Positions 1-10,174 of a stretch of DNA of 59,676 nucleotides are shown in pieces. This DNA comes from Methanomicrobiales archaeon (GTDB taxonomy: Archaea > Halobacteriota > Methanomicrobia > Methanomicrobiales > Methanospirillaceae): positions 1-59,676 of the forward strand of contig JAPKXQ010000082.1 in the NCBI GenBank assembly GCA_026394765.1, read 5' to 3'. Position 1 is the stretch's first letter. Every line of letters starts with the position of its first letter. The position numbers and the translations under genes are program-made. The notes beneath the pieces are model-generated. The model saw only the letters and a list, made by a program, of their open reading frames with translations. It was not told the origin of the DNA and ran no database searches.

Positions 1-76
1 GCTGATTGGTGCACCCCGAAAGGAGGGCTGCACATACAACCAGTCCTAAAATCAGGATAGAGGGGATGAGTTTCAT
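1..76 (-). CDS. 5' fragment of a lipoprotein (runs off the window edge)
   Basis: Reverse strand from ATG at 76 reads MKLIPSILILGLVVCAALLSGCTNQ: a signal peptide with a lipobox-like LSGC. Not in the ORF track. Confidence 0.7.
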   Translation of the reverse strand, partial: MKLIPSILILGLVVCAALLSGCTNQ

Positions 77-340
77 CGTATACCCGTTTATACTGGTTTT
101 TTATCAAAACTTTATTATGTATTGAGAAATGATGCAGGGTGCCGAGCACCCGGGCATGCGATCGACATATTCCTTGATGAGTCGCGCATCTTCTGTGGTG
201 ATTATCCCTTTATCGAGTGCGTGTCGTATTGAATTATTTTCATACCCTTTCCGGATAGTAGGATGGAGCAGTACGTTCTGCATGTAAAACAGTAGTCACG
301 ATATGAAAAACTTTCTGTGATTTTATCATTCGAGACTGGA

Positions 341-413
341 AGCCTCAGGCGAGATTTGAACTCGCGACCTACACCTTACCAAGGTGTCGCTCTACCGACT
401 GAGCCACTGAGGC
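341..413 (-). tRNA. tRNA-Thr (GGT)
   Basis: Cloverleaf: acceptor GCCTCAG/CTGAGGC, anticodon arm ACACC-TTGGTAA-GGTGT, T-loop GTTCAAATC. AT-rich TATA-like sequence about 30 nt upstream. Confidence 0.96.
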
Positions 414-1317
414 AGATTGCACCACTATCATACGTGTTGCTCTATTAAAAAATTACCCGGATCGGGGTCAATGTATGCTGAACCACCCTTCATTTCCTCA
501 TCTCTGTTTTCCCATGAGAAAATGCCATACATGACCTGTTCATAGTATCCGCTAGCCAGGACGGTTCAGAAAAAGGAGTTCACACTTCGCCATCTTCACA
601 TCCCTCACCGCCGCACGATGAGAGGAACGCGGGGACATCATTCACTCCGTCATGCAACGAGACCACGGCAATTACAGTGACCTGGTAAGGCTCAAGTAAG
701 GGGATACCTTTCCTCATATAACCTTCAATTTTCCGTTCGAGACGTAGAGGTCCCGTGTCTCGCTATCATCACGGATGTGGAAAATGGAGAGATGGCAGTT
801 TGAGAGACGCATCCATCCCAAAGTGATCGAAGAAAACAAAATCCTAATGCATTCTGAGAAAGTCATGGATGGACAGAGGTTTTATAAAAGGCTATGAAAC
901 ACGAAGTATTTCATATCAGAAACAGACCCATTCCCCCATATTTTCGATGAAGAGGGGTACAACAAGATCTCCTGGTAATCTGATGTTGATGGCAAGATCT
1001 CGTAGAGATCGAATGTACGGGCGCCAAGAGCATTATCACGCCCCTCCACCCAGTTGAAGGAATTATGATGCAAAACCTTGGCGCCACCCCACTTTTCACG
1101 TCAGTTCACCGGTGATGGAGGTAGAACGAAGAGATACCGATCATGAAAAAGGGGTCACGCATGAGATGATAGAGTCAGGGTGTATGTCTTTTAGTCGAAG
1201 ACTATACTCCCAGATTATATGCTGGACCCCCAGGTATTTTGGCCAAATCACTACGAATACCGCCCTGTTTTTTGGCCTCCGGGTACCACAACACATATGC
1301 AGAAGAGAGAATCATAG

Positions 1318-2352
1318 ATGATGTCAGGAGGGGACCTCCCCCCGGTGCTTGTGACGAGTTCACCATCAGATGCTTGCAAAAACGAGCATGACCTGTGGCA
1401 GTCGACATTCGATGCAATCCTTGACCCGGTCTTTATCCTGGACCAATATGGTGTGATCGCCCAGGCAAACAAGGCAACCGGGTATCTCATACAAAAGTCC
1501 CTGGATACTATCGTGGGGAAGCAGTGTTACGAGGTGATGCACAGCCTCCCTGATTATATCGATGACTGCCCATTTGCGCGTCTCCTCAATTCAAAAGCCC
1601 GGGAGACAAAGGTCCTCGCGGTTGGGAGCCGATACTATAAGGTGGCCGTCGACCCTGTCTTTGGCTATGGCGGGGAGGTTTCTGGTGCAGTTCACCACAT
1701 GATGGATATCACAGATAGGATCGAGGCCGAGAAGACCGAGGCATTCCTTGCATCTATCGTGGAGTCTTCAGACGAAGCTGTAATAGGGGTGGACCTGGAA
1801 GGGAAGGTGAGGAGTTGGAACCCTGCCGCAGCGCGTATGTTTGGGTTCTCATATGACGAAGTCCTGGACAAGGACCTATCCCTGCTAAATCCAGGAAAAA
1901 GCGATACAGAAAGAGGGCTGGCCCTCACCCACATCGAGGAGGGAGTAAAAGTCGACCACTTCGAGACAAAACGCCGGCGTAAAGACGGTGGCGAGATCGA
2001 CGTCATTGAGAGTATCACCCCACTGATAGACCGGTTTGGAAAGGTGGTGGGCGCCGCAGTTGTTGTACACGACATCACCGAGCATAAGCGGGCCCTCCAG
2101 ACTCTTATCTCCTATATCACCGAATCTGCCTTAAGATTGAAGCTCCCGGTGGAACTGATCGCACAGCACCTGATCGAAGTGAGAGAACAGGCACTGACCA
2201 TTGAGGGGCGAGGAGAGGACCTTGCGCTTGCCCTCACGGTTCAGATTAAGAGTGCCGAGCAGGTGGTGGAGAACCTCCGGGACCTCAACAGAGCGATAAC
2301 CGAGGGATTTAATGAGATCCCTGATGCATACCGGATATTTCTCTCCCGCTAA
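1318..2352 (+). CDS. PAS-PAS sensor protein with C-terminal helical (DHp-like) domain, no kinase ATPase domain
   Basis: Two PAS/PAC motifs (FDAILDPVFILD...DIT; IVESSDEAVIGVD...WNPAA...RKDG...HDITE), then an ~80-aa helical tail. Confidence 0.85.
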   Translation: MMSGGDLPPVLVTSSPSDACKNEHDLWQSTFDAILDPVFILDQYGVIAQANKATGYLIQKSLDTIVGKQCYEVMHSLPDYIDDCPFARLLNSKARETKVLAVGSRYYKVAVDPVFGYGGEVSGAVHHMMDITDRIEAEKTEAFLASIVESSDEAVIGVDLEGKVRSWNPAAARMFGFSYDEVLDKDLSLLNPGKSDTERGLALTHIEEGVKVDHFETKRRRKDGGEIDVIESITPLIDRFGKVVGAAVVVHDITEHKRALQTLISYITESALRLKLPVELIAQHLIEVREQALTIEGRGEDLALALTVQIKSAEQVVENLRDLNRAITEGFNEIPDAYRIFLSR

Positions 2353-2383
2353 ACGAGAACATCGCCTAACCCGGCTCTTCTTT

Positions 2384-2794
2384 TTAGTCCGCGATATCAA
2401 TTGTGTAGTTTCCCACGCTGGTCCCTGCCCCGCCGTAAGCAACTTCAAAGTCCCATGCCCCTCCGGGCTTTAAATCGATGGTACTTGCAGACCCATCGCT
2501 TAGGAACCCCCCGGTTTTATCATAGAACTTAACCACGACACCTGTCACATCGATGATCGCAGGTCCCCTGTTCTTTGCAGTCCCAGACACCAGGTACCGG
2601 TTACTCTCTGGATCGATAGACCCCTGGTGCTGGAGAATTACTATCTGGCCTGTTATATCCTGCATCGGTGGGCCAGAGGGCGCGGTCGTGGTCTGTGGTT
2701 TTTGGCCCGATGGGTTCCCGATGCATCCTGTAATAATGACAATGATCATCAGGCAAAACCACATAGAAAGAAACCAGGATCTGTCCATTTTCAT
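2384..2794 (-). CDS. FxLYD-domain lipoprotein
   Basis: Signal peptide ending ITGC; VSGTAKNRG...VKFYDKTG...LKPGGAWDFEV matches the FxLYD Ig-like pattern. Confidence 0.75.
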   Translation of the reverse strand: MKMDRSWFLSMWFCLMIIVIITGCIGNPSGQKPQTTTAPSGPPMQDITGQIVILQHQGSIDPESNRYLVSGTAKNRGPAIIDVTGVVVKFYDKTGGFLSDGSASTIDLKPGGAWDFEVAYGGAGTSVGNYTIDIAD

Positions 2795-2944
2795 GCGGAG
2801 TAACTGCTCTTCGCACCATAATTAACCCTTATGCCAGCCCTCATGCAGGTAACACCCAGTATGACGGGTATCTCCCGAAAGATCTGTTGTGAGAGAGGCA
2901 AAGACCAACATTATAGGGTTCCGAAGCGACATTATTGCGATTCT

Positions 2945-3988
2945 ATGGCCACGGCTCAGGAGATTGCTAAGCGACTTAAGGAGATAGTCGATCGGGATCT
3001 CACGTTCATGCATATATGCGGGACGCATGAAGCAGCGATAGCCAGGACAGGACTGCGCAGCCTCCTTCCCGCACGCGTATCCATAGTGATGGGGCCCGGC
3101 TGCCCGGTCTGCATCACTCCCCAAGGTGAGATCGATGCGGCCATCGCTCTCGCTGAGGCGGGATGCATCATTACGACCTATGGCGACCTTCTAAGGGTCC
3201 CAGGGTCTAAGACCTCCCTGGAGTCGTGCGGCGGTGACGTCCGGGTCGTCCAGGGAGTCCACAAAGCAGTCGAGATCGCAGCCCATGAGGACCGGGAGGT
3301 AGTCTTTGTATCAGTCGGCTTTGAGACCACGGCCCCCACCGTCGCTGCCGTTCTCCTCTCTTCTCTTCCTAAAAATTTCAGCATCCTATCCTGCCACAGG
3401 CTCGTCCCTCCCGCGATGCGCTGGCTCCTTGCCCAGGGTGAGGCCCGGCTCGACGGCTTTTTGCTCCCAGGCCATGTCTGCACGGTAATGGGGTACCAGG
3501 AGTATGAAGAGTTCCCTGTACCACAGGTGGTGGCAGGGTTCGAAGCCGAGGAGATCTTACTTGGTCTCCTCATGCTTGCCACCCAGGTACGAGAGGGAGT
3601 GTCCAGGGTGGAGAATGCGTACCCCCGGGCTGTCAGCCGGGAGGGTAACACCAAGGCAAAGGCGATGATGTACCGTGTCTTTGAGCCTTGTGATGTTGAA
3701 TGGCGTGGATTTCCGGTAATACCCGCATCAGGCCTGAAGCTGAGAGAAGAGTTTTTGGACCGTGACGCTTTGGCACGGTTCGGGATCACAATTCAGCACG
3801 TAAAGAGTTCTTCCCCATGCCTCTGTGACCGGGTGCTCCGCGGCATCGCCCGCCCTTCAGACTGCCGGCTCTTTGGGACCGCCTGTACTCCCCGCACGCC
3901 TGTTGGGCCCTGCATGGTCAGCCACGAGGGGTCATGCAGGATATGGCACCTCTACCATACCAGGGACCCCACAAAGCGACCCACTTGA
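2945..3988 (+). CDS. hypD: hydrogenase maturation protein HypD
   Basis: CGTHE, GPGCPVC, GFETT, PGHV and C-terminal Fe-S Cys motifs (GPCMVSHEGSC). Start moved to the ATG at 2945. Confidence 0.96.
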   Translation: MATAQEIAKRLKEIVDRDLTFMHICGTHEAAIARTGLRSLLPARVSIVMGPGCPVCITPQGEIDAAIALAEAGCIITTYGDLLRVPGSKTSLESCGGDVRVVQGVHKAVEIAAHEDREVVFVSVGFETTAPTVAAVLLSSLPKNFSILSCHRLVPPAMRWLLAQGEARLDGFLLPGHVCTVMGYQEYEEFPVPQVVAGFEAEEILLGLLMLATQVREGVSRVENAYPRAVSREGNTKAKAMMYRVFEPCDVEWRGFPVIPASGLKLREEFLDRDALARFGITIQHVKSSSPCLCDRVLRGIARPSDCRLFGTACTPRTPVGPCMVSHEGSCRIWHLYHTRDPTKRPT

Positions 3989-4310
3989 GGGGGTCACTTG
4001 GCGCCAGCCGAAATTGCACTAGGGTCGAATCATCACTGCAAAGTAGGAGTTACGCAAAATGATTCCAGATATCAAGATATGGAAATTTTAAAATGTAAAT
4101 TAATACCCAGAGTCAATTAAATCCAGTTATTAAAAACTCTGAACTGCGTAAGTCCTACAAAGAATGATAGTCAGGGGAAGATCCGGGTGCATTGATAAGC
4201 ATTGCACGATTTTAACACTCTTTTTGCGCGATCCCGTTATGCAGCAAAGAAATGGTTAAGTGAAGAGTCATCGCTTTATAATAAAAGAGAGTATCCCGAT
4301 GGATCACACC

Positions 4311-5510
4311 ATGAGAAACATCAAGGTTGAAGCCCTACACCAGACACCCCTCGAACAGCAGGAGATCGAACTGGTCGAACGGAAGTGTGCAGGCCACCCG
4401 GACAGCATCGCGGATGGGATCGCAGAGGCAGTGAGTCGAGCACTCTGTAAAGCGTACCTTGAGGAGTGCGGGGCGATCCTGCACCACAACACCGATCAGG
4501 GGGAGATCGTTGCGGGAGAGTCCTTACCGCGGTATGGGGGAGGAAAGATAATCAAGCCTATCTACGTCCTCCTGGACGGTCGTGCGACCAAGAACTTCGA
4601 TGGGATTCGCATCCCTTCCGATGCAATAGCTGTGGAAGCAGCCCATAAATATATCAGGAGCATCATTCCAGCCCTGAACCTCGATCGGGATGTTATCATC
4701 GACTGTCGTCTCGGGGTCGGGTCAACTGATTTAAGAGACGTTTTCACTCCGTGCCAGACCCGGATCCCCAGGGCAAATGATACTTCATTTGGCGTGGGGC
4801 ACGCTCCATTCAGCGAGACCGAGACCATTGTGCGTGAGCTGAGTGCGTACATCGATGACTTTTTAAGACCGAAATATCCTGCAATAGGACAGGACATCAA
4901 GATCATGGGCCTACGTGACGGGAGTGAGATCACCCTGACTATTGCGTGTGCGATGGTAGACCGCTACTGCAGTGACCTCCCTGAATATTTACGGTACAAG
5001 GAAGTTATGGAGGAGGACCTCGCAAAGGTGGCCGGGAAGTACACCGGAAGAAAGGTCCGGGTCCAGGTGAACACTGCGGATGACGTCAACACAGGGAGCG
5101 TCTTTCTCACAGTTACCGGCACTTCGGCAGAGATGGGAGACGACGGGTCAGTCGGCCGGGGTAACCGGTGTAATGGCCTTATTACCCCCAACCGGCCGAT
5201 GAGCATGGAAGCAACATCGGGCAAGAACCCCATAAATCATATCGGGAAGATCTACAACCTCCTCGCAACTCAGATCGCAACTGATTGTGTCCAAAAGGTT
5301 GACGATATCGAGGAGATCTATGTCCGCCTACTGTCCCAGATCGGGGCTCCGATTGACCACCCCCTGGTCGCGAGTATTCAGATCCTCCCCAAAGGTGACA
5401 CCAATATTACGAGGATCAGGCCCGATATCGAAGCGATTGTGAATGAGGGATTAGCCAATGTCACCTGCGTCACCGAACGCGTGATCCGTGGGGAGCTAAA
5501 GACGTTCTGA
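4311..5510 (+). CDS. mat: archaeal S-adenosylmethionine synthetase
   Basis: [43 protein letters not shown]-like TTTATAA at ~4275; alternative start at 4299. Confidence 0.96.
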   Translation: MRNIKVEALHQTPLEQQEIELVERKCAGHPDSIADGIAEAVSRALCKAYLEECGAILHHNTDQGEIVAGESLPRYGGGKIIKPIYVLLDGRATKNFDGIRIPSDAIAVEAAHKYIRSIIPALNLDRDVIIDCRLGVGSTDLRDVFTPCQTRIPRANDTSFGVGHAPFSETETIVRELSAYIDDFLRPKYPAIGQDIKIMGLRDGSEITLTIACAMVDRYCSDLPEYLRYKEVMEEDLAKVAGKYTGRKVRVQVNTADDVNTGSVFLTVTGTSAEMGDDGSVGRGNRCNGLITPNRPMSMEATSGKNPINHIGKIYNLLATQIATDCVQKVDDIEEIYVRLLSQIGAPIDHPLVASIQILPKGDTNITRIRPDIEAIVNEGLANVTCVTERVIRGELKTF

Positions 5511-5518
5511 GCCAGTTT

Positions 5519-6427
5519 ATGGACATATCAGGGCAAACAGGGGTTGATGCGCGAACTACCTGTTCTGGATCAGTCAGGATCGCGATCCCTAACAAGGGGA
5601 GGATCGCCGCACCAGTCCTTGAGATTATGGAGCGAAGCGGCCTCCATCTCCTGGAAGGGGGTGCCCGGCAGCTCATCTCACGGACCACAGACCCCCATGT
5701 AGAGGTCCTGTCAGCACGTCCGATCGACATCCCAGAGTACGTCGCTACCGGCGCGGCAGACCTCGGGGTCACCGGCCATGACATGGTATGTGAGCGAAGG
5801 TCCTGCGTTGAGGAGATCCTCGATCTTGGGATCGGACGGGCCCGCCTAGTCCTCGCGGTGATGGAGGACTCCCCAGTCACTACACCCGCCGATCTGGCGA
5901 ATGGTACGATAGCGACTGAGTTCCCCTCGATTGCAAGGTCTTTTTTCCAGGATAAGGGGATACCAGTATCGGTCGTCCAGGTGGGTGGCGCCTGCGAGGT
6001 AACTCCCCATCTCGGTATCGCCGATGCCATCATTGACCTCTCCAGCTCAGGCTCTACCCTTGCACAGAACCGCCTCAGAGTCATTACAGAGGTTCTATTA
6101 ACGAGCACTATTTTGATCGCCAATCCTGCAGCCCTCAAGAATAAGGCGGATAAGATCGAAGAGATCCGACTCGCCCTCGAGAGTGTGGTCGCCGCAAGGG
6201 GGAAGTGTTACCTGATGATGAATGCCGGACGGTCATCTCTTAATGCAGTAAAGGCAGTCCTCCCCGGACTCTCGGGGCCCACGGTGATGGAGGTCGCCTC
6301 AAGTGAAGACCTGGTCGCGGTCCACGCAGTTGTCGGAGAGGAAGCTGTATATCGCCTCATCACGCAACTGCGGCGTGCAGGTGCGCGGGACATACTGGTC
6401 ATGCCGATCGCGAGGATGATTCGGTGA
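5519..6427 (+). CDS. hisG: ATP phosphoribosyltransferase (long form)
   Basis: [36 protein letters not shown], plus C-terminal regulatory domain. Confidence 0.96.
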   Translation: MDISGQTGVDARTTCSGSVRIAIPNKGRIAAPVLEIMERSGLHLLEGGARQLISRTTDPHVEVLSARPIDIPEYVATGAADLGVTGHDMVCERRSCVEEILDLGIGRARLVLAVMEDSPVTTPADLANGTIATEFPSIARSFFQDKGIPVSVVQVGGACEVTPHLGIADAIIDLSSSGSTLAQNRLRVITEVLLTSTILIANPAALKNKADKIEEIRLALESVVAARGKCYLMMNAGRSSLNAVKAVLPGLSGPTVMEVASSEDLVAVHAVVGEEAVYRLITQLRRAGARDILVMPIARMIR

Positions 6428-7143
6428 AGCGAATGGACGTCCTTCCCGCGGTGGACATCCTTGGGGGTAACTGCGTCCAGCTCGTACAGGGAGAGCGTGA
6501 GAGCGCAACATTGTACGGGTCCCCTCGCTCCTGTGCCGACCGTTGGGTCAGGGAAGGGGCGTCGGCCTTACATATCGTCAACCTGGACGGCGCCTTTGGT
6601 CAGTCAGGTGCAAATGCCACCCTGGTGCGTGAGATTGTACATGACACCGGAGTCACAGTCCAGCTTGGAGGGGGGATACGCTCGCGCGAAGATGCACGGG
6701 GGTGGCTCGATACTGGGGTCGATCGGGTTATCCTCGGTACTCTCGCGGTCAGGGACCCTTCAGCGGTCACTGACATTGCGAATGAATTTGGAAAGGACTG
6801 CGTAATGGCCGGAGTAGATACCAGGGGCGGGCAGGTCGTGATTGAGGGGTGGCGTGAGGCACAGGGAGATTATCTCGCATGGGCTCGACGCTTTGCATCA
6901 GGTGGCGCGGGGGGCCTCCTCTTCACCAACGTGGACGTGGAGGGTTTACAATCCGGAATAGTTATTACGCCCATCCAGGAGATTATCCGGGAGGTCAAGA
7001 TCCCGGTCACTGTAGCTGGTGGGATCTCATCACCAGCAGATGTCACCCTTATCAGGGAAACAGGCGCCGCAGCGGTGGTCCTCGGTTCTGCGCTCTATAG
7101 TGGGAAGATAACTCTTCGGTCTGCAATGGAGGCGGCACAGTGA
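6424..7143 (+). CDS. hisA: ProFAR isomerase HisA
   Basis: [33 protein letters not shown]; overlaps hisG and hisB. Confidence 0.95.
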   Translation: MKRMDVLPAVDILGGNCVQLVQGERESATLYGSPRSCADRWVREGASALHIVNLDGAFGQSGANATLVREIVHDTGVTVQLGGGIRSREDARGWLDTGVDRVILGTLAVRDPSAVTDIANEFGKDCVMAGVDTRGGQVVIEGWREAQGDYLAWARRFASGGAGGLLFTNVDVEGLQSGIVITPIQEIIREVKIPVTVAGGISSPADVTLIRETGAAAVVLGSALYSGKITLRSAMEAAQ

Positions 7144-7721
7144 GGGAAGCAGGACTCTCACGTACGACCGGGGAGACCAGGATTGACCTGTCCCTGTCCC
7201 TCGATGATGCCTCAATAGCGTCCATCAGGACAGGGATCCCATTCTTTGACCACATGCTACATGCGATGGTAAAACACGGTCGTTTTGGCCTCATGGTGGA
7301 GGCTGAGGGGGACCTTGATGTCGATGCTCACCATACCATCGAGGATGTCGGGATCGTGCTTGGAGAAGTGGTCAGGCAGCTGATCGGGGGCGGGCATGGG
7401 ATTCATCGTTTTGGGCATGCCATCGTCCCCATGGATGAGTCGATCGCTACTGTAGCCATAGATTGCGGTGGGAGGGCTTACCTCACCTATCATGTTCCCT
7501 TCACTGGGTTGAGCGTGGGAACCATCGAGGTAGAGATATTCGAGCACTTCTTCTATTCCCTCTCCAACCATGCGAAGATAACAACCTACATCAAGGCTGA
7601 TGGGCGCAATGACCACCACCTCTGTGAAGCAGTCTTTAAAGCATTCGGCATCGCGCTATCAGATGCAGTTGCTAATACCGGAGACCCCGGGGCAGTCCCG
7701 AGTACGAAAGGCACACTCTGA
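7140..7721 (+). CDS. hisB: imidazoleglycerol-phosphate dehydratase
   Basis: [39 protein letters not shown]. Confidence 0.97.
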   Translation: MREAGLSRTTGETRIDLSLSLDDASIASIRTGIPFFDHMLHAMVKHGRFGLMVEAEGDLDVDAHHTIEDVGIVLGEVVRQLIGGGHGIHRFGHAIVPMDESIATVAIDCGGRAYLTYHVPFTGLSVGTIEVEIFEHFFYSLSNHAKITTYIKADGRNDHHLCEAVFKAFGIALSDAVANTGDPGAVPSTKGTL

Positions 7722-7931
7722 TGTTTCCATGGGCTGGACCCATGCAAGAGAGCTACTTTATCAGAAGCACTCGTGAATCTTCACATCAGGTATAACCCGA
7801 TAAAATCTTAAATTTTGTTCCTGATTTGAATTCTAGCATGAAATCATAAGGAATTGCATACAGCGAAAAGAAAAGAGGAGATGCCACCTTGCTATTGCCG
7901 GTGTTCGGATCTCCTTTTAAGAGATTAATAT

Positions 7932-8138
7932 TTACGCGGACTTTGCCGCGAGTTCAACATCCTCTTCTTTGATGGTCTTCCGACCGGCATGCATCGCGAG
8001 TCTGTTTGCCTCGTTTGTGAGGTTCGCGATATATGCTTCAGCTTTGGAAACAAGGGCCTGTGCGGCGTCGCTTCCAACACGTTCAGCCCCATTCTTCTTG
8101 GCAATCCGTACAACTGCAGCAATAGGTAAATCTGCCAT
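7932..8138 (-). CDS. archaeal histone (HMf family)
   Basis: LPIAAVVRIAKKNGAERV...HAGRKTIKEEDV histone fold. GAGGT SD precedes the ATG at 8138. Confidence 0.96.
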   Translation of the reverse strand: MADLPIAAVVRIAKKNGAERVGSDAAQALVSKAEAYIANLTNEANRLAMHAGRKTIKEEDVELAAKSA

Positions 8139-8170
8139 TTTATTTACCTCAATGAACAATATCTCAGTAA

Positions 8171-8186
8171 GTATTTAAGCATTTCG
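8171..8186 (-). promoter_or_regulatory. BRE/TATA promoter of the histone gene
   Basis: Minus strand CGAAAT-GCTTAAATAC, about 33-48 nt upstream of the ATG. Confidence 0.55.
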
Positions 8187-8335
8187 TATGTTTTTCGCTA
8201 ATTCGAAGCGTTTTACCATATCAGGCGAAGCAGAGAAGGCCTATCAGACATTCGAGGCAATTCCCACGCCCCCTATTTACTCTATAATCTGAAGGTTTTT
8301 TCAAGTTTCCTGCATTATAAAGAGGAATTTCAGAA

Positions 8336-9094
8336 TCAAGGCTGTGCGAGGCGCTCTGCGAGAAGGATCGCGTGGGAGAAGTCAGGCGAAGCGCGTGAGG
8401 TATCTATGAAGATCTTTCCGATATTTACGACAGGAGCACCATGACCAGTCCCACCACCGAGAAAGACCAGGGTCCGGAATATCAGGTTCCCGGTGATGCC
8501 ATCAGGGGCAAGGATCATACCTGAGTGCTCAATCGCCTCCTCTATCTGGATCTCGTAGTGCTCTGCATCGGCGATTCGAGCGGTAAGTTCAGCATCAGCA
8601 AGGCTTCGGTCAACCGCGTCGTGCCGCCCGATATCCCCATATCTCCCCCCTGATATGATAGCAACGGTATCAGGGAGATCGAATACCTTAGCAAGGTTCC
8701 GCCCATGACGGATCAGGGAGACCTTCTCAGCGATGCTCCATCCCTCATCTACTCCGACCGGAGCAAGGAGGAATTTCTTCTTTGATGGGGTCTCGAGGAG
8801 GGCGATCCTCTCAAGGCGGGGGACCCCCATTGCATGCTTGAGGGTCCGAAGCGTCTGGTTTGCAGGTAGAGACCCCCGCACAGCGGCATCGATAGTACCC
8901 CCAAGGAGGTCACGTACAAGGTCTTCATGGGGGTGTTCAGACTCCCTGATGGTGAAAGGGAATTCAGCGGTGTCAAAGGTCCCTGACCTGCAGTAGCAGA
9001 TGATCTGGGATGACACCTTTCCTGCGGTGAGGCTTGCGAGGACTGCTCCTGCGTCCTCTCCAACCCCAATTCCAATCGTTGTCATATAAACCAC
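8336..9094 (-). CDS. mtxX: methanogenesis marker MtxX (Mmp4)
   Basis: DAAVRGSL, LLAPVGVDEG, GGRYGDIGR, APDGITGNLIFRTL, FIDTSR. Confidence 0.9.
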   Translation of the reverse strand: MVYMTTIGIGVGEDAGAVLASLTAGKVSSQIICYCRSGTFDTAEFPFTIRESEHPHEDLVRDLLGGTIDAAVRGSLPANQTLRTLKHAMGVPRLERIALLETPSKKKFLLAPVGVDEGWSIAEKVSLIRHGRNLAKVFDLPDTVAIISGGRYGDIGRHDAVDRSLADAELTARIADAEHYEIQIEEAIEHSGMILAPDGITGNLIFRTLVFLGGGTGHGAPVVNIGKIFIDTSRASPDFSHAILLAERLAQP

Positions 9095-10089
9095 TTTGTC
9101 TCTGAGAAGAGGTGCATAATCCCGTCCTGGGTGAAGTCAAAGACCGATGCATCCTCCCTGCAGTAGCTGACCCTCAGTGCACGGCTATCGTCTACAGACC
9201 CAATCGAGGCGGCGGATATCCCAACCCTGGCAAATCGTTCGATGACCTCATGGACATGTTCCTCACGGGCGGTGATGATAAAACCCATACCAGGGTACAT
9301 CCGTACCCACTGGTCAAATGAGATCCCATTCGCCTTGAGATCTGGCCTGGGGATCGCCTCCAGATCGACAACTGCCCCCTTCCGGCTCACTTCGAGGAGC
9401 ATTCCAAGCGTACCGATAACTCCCGGGTTGCTGATATCCTTGCCTGCGGTCACTAGATGCGCTTCACCGAGTTCTTTTAAGACTGCGATCTGGCTGCGCA
9501 CGACTTCCGGGGACTTCATGGTGACGCTGTCCCAGTTGAGGATGCAGGAGGGATGAACCCGTCCGTCAAGATCGATCGCGGCAATGATCCTGTCCCCTGT
9601 GTTCGCGGTGTGGCTGTAGATCACCGCGTCCCTTCGTGCTACCCCCAGGATGGCGACATCAATGACGCTATACGGCGTATCAGGGTGGAGATGCCCACCA
9701 ACAACTGGTACCCCAAACTGTGATGATGCGTCATGCATCCCCTGTATGACCCGGTCCTTGATAGCCGTCGACGCGATCGAGAAGATGTCTACGAGAGCGA
9801 TGGGTGTCCCGCCCATCGCCGCGATGTCATGGATGTTCACGAGGATGGCACAGTAGCCGGCCCAGTAGGGGTCGGCCTCCATGAGACGGCTCCATATGCC
9901 ATCGGCAGCAAGAAGGAGGACCTCGTCCCCATGAGCGATCACTGCGGCATCCTCACCGAATGATGCAAGAATACCTTCAGAGTCGATTCTTAGTGCCCTC
10001 ACCATGTCGCCGATGGCATGTTTCCGCGTGACACCCTCGTACTCCCGCACCGAAGTGGCGATCTTCTCAGTGGAACAGTTGTGAAACAC
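9082..10089 (-). CDS. methanogenesis marker protein 2 (PurM/AIR synthase-like)
   Basis: GVTRK, FGEDAAVI, AADGIW, VNIHDIAAMGG, GGHLHPD, KDISNPG. Confidence 0.9.
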   Translation of the reverse strand: MFHNCSTEKIATSVREYEGVTRKHAIGDMVRALRIDSEGILASFGEDAAVIAHGDEVLLLAADGIWSRLMEADPYWAGYCAILVNIHDIAAMGGTPIALVDIFSIASTAIKDRVIQGMHDASSQFGVPVVGGHLHPDTPYSVIDVAILGVARRDAVIYSHTANTGDRIIAAIDLDGRVHPSCILNWDSVTMKSPEVVRSQIAVLKELGEAHLVTAGKDISNPGVIGTLGMLLEVSRKGAVVDLEAIPRPDLKANGISFDQWVRMYPGMGFIITAREEHVHEVIERFARVGISAASIGSVDDSRALRVSYCREDASVFDFTQDGIMHLFSETKWFI

Positions 10090-10174
10090 GCGGTATCACC
10101 GGACACAAAGAGATTGCAGTATGCTATTTCAGACTCATCTCACATAATGTATTTGATAATTCTTGGAAGTGGTC

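Noticed and set aside
131..190. Hairpins GGGTGC-CGA-GCACCC and neighbours as an ncRNA
   Set aside because: Short stems with no recognisable family; could be chance or terminator-related.
337..413. tRNA-Thr as an integration site
   Set aside because: No duplicate of its 3' end and no integrase seen within the window; the downstream side is mostly outside the window.
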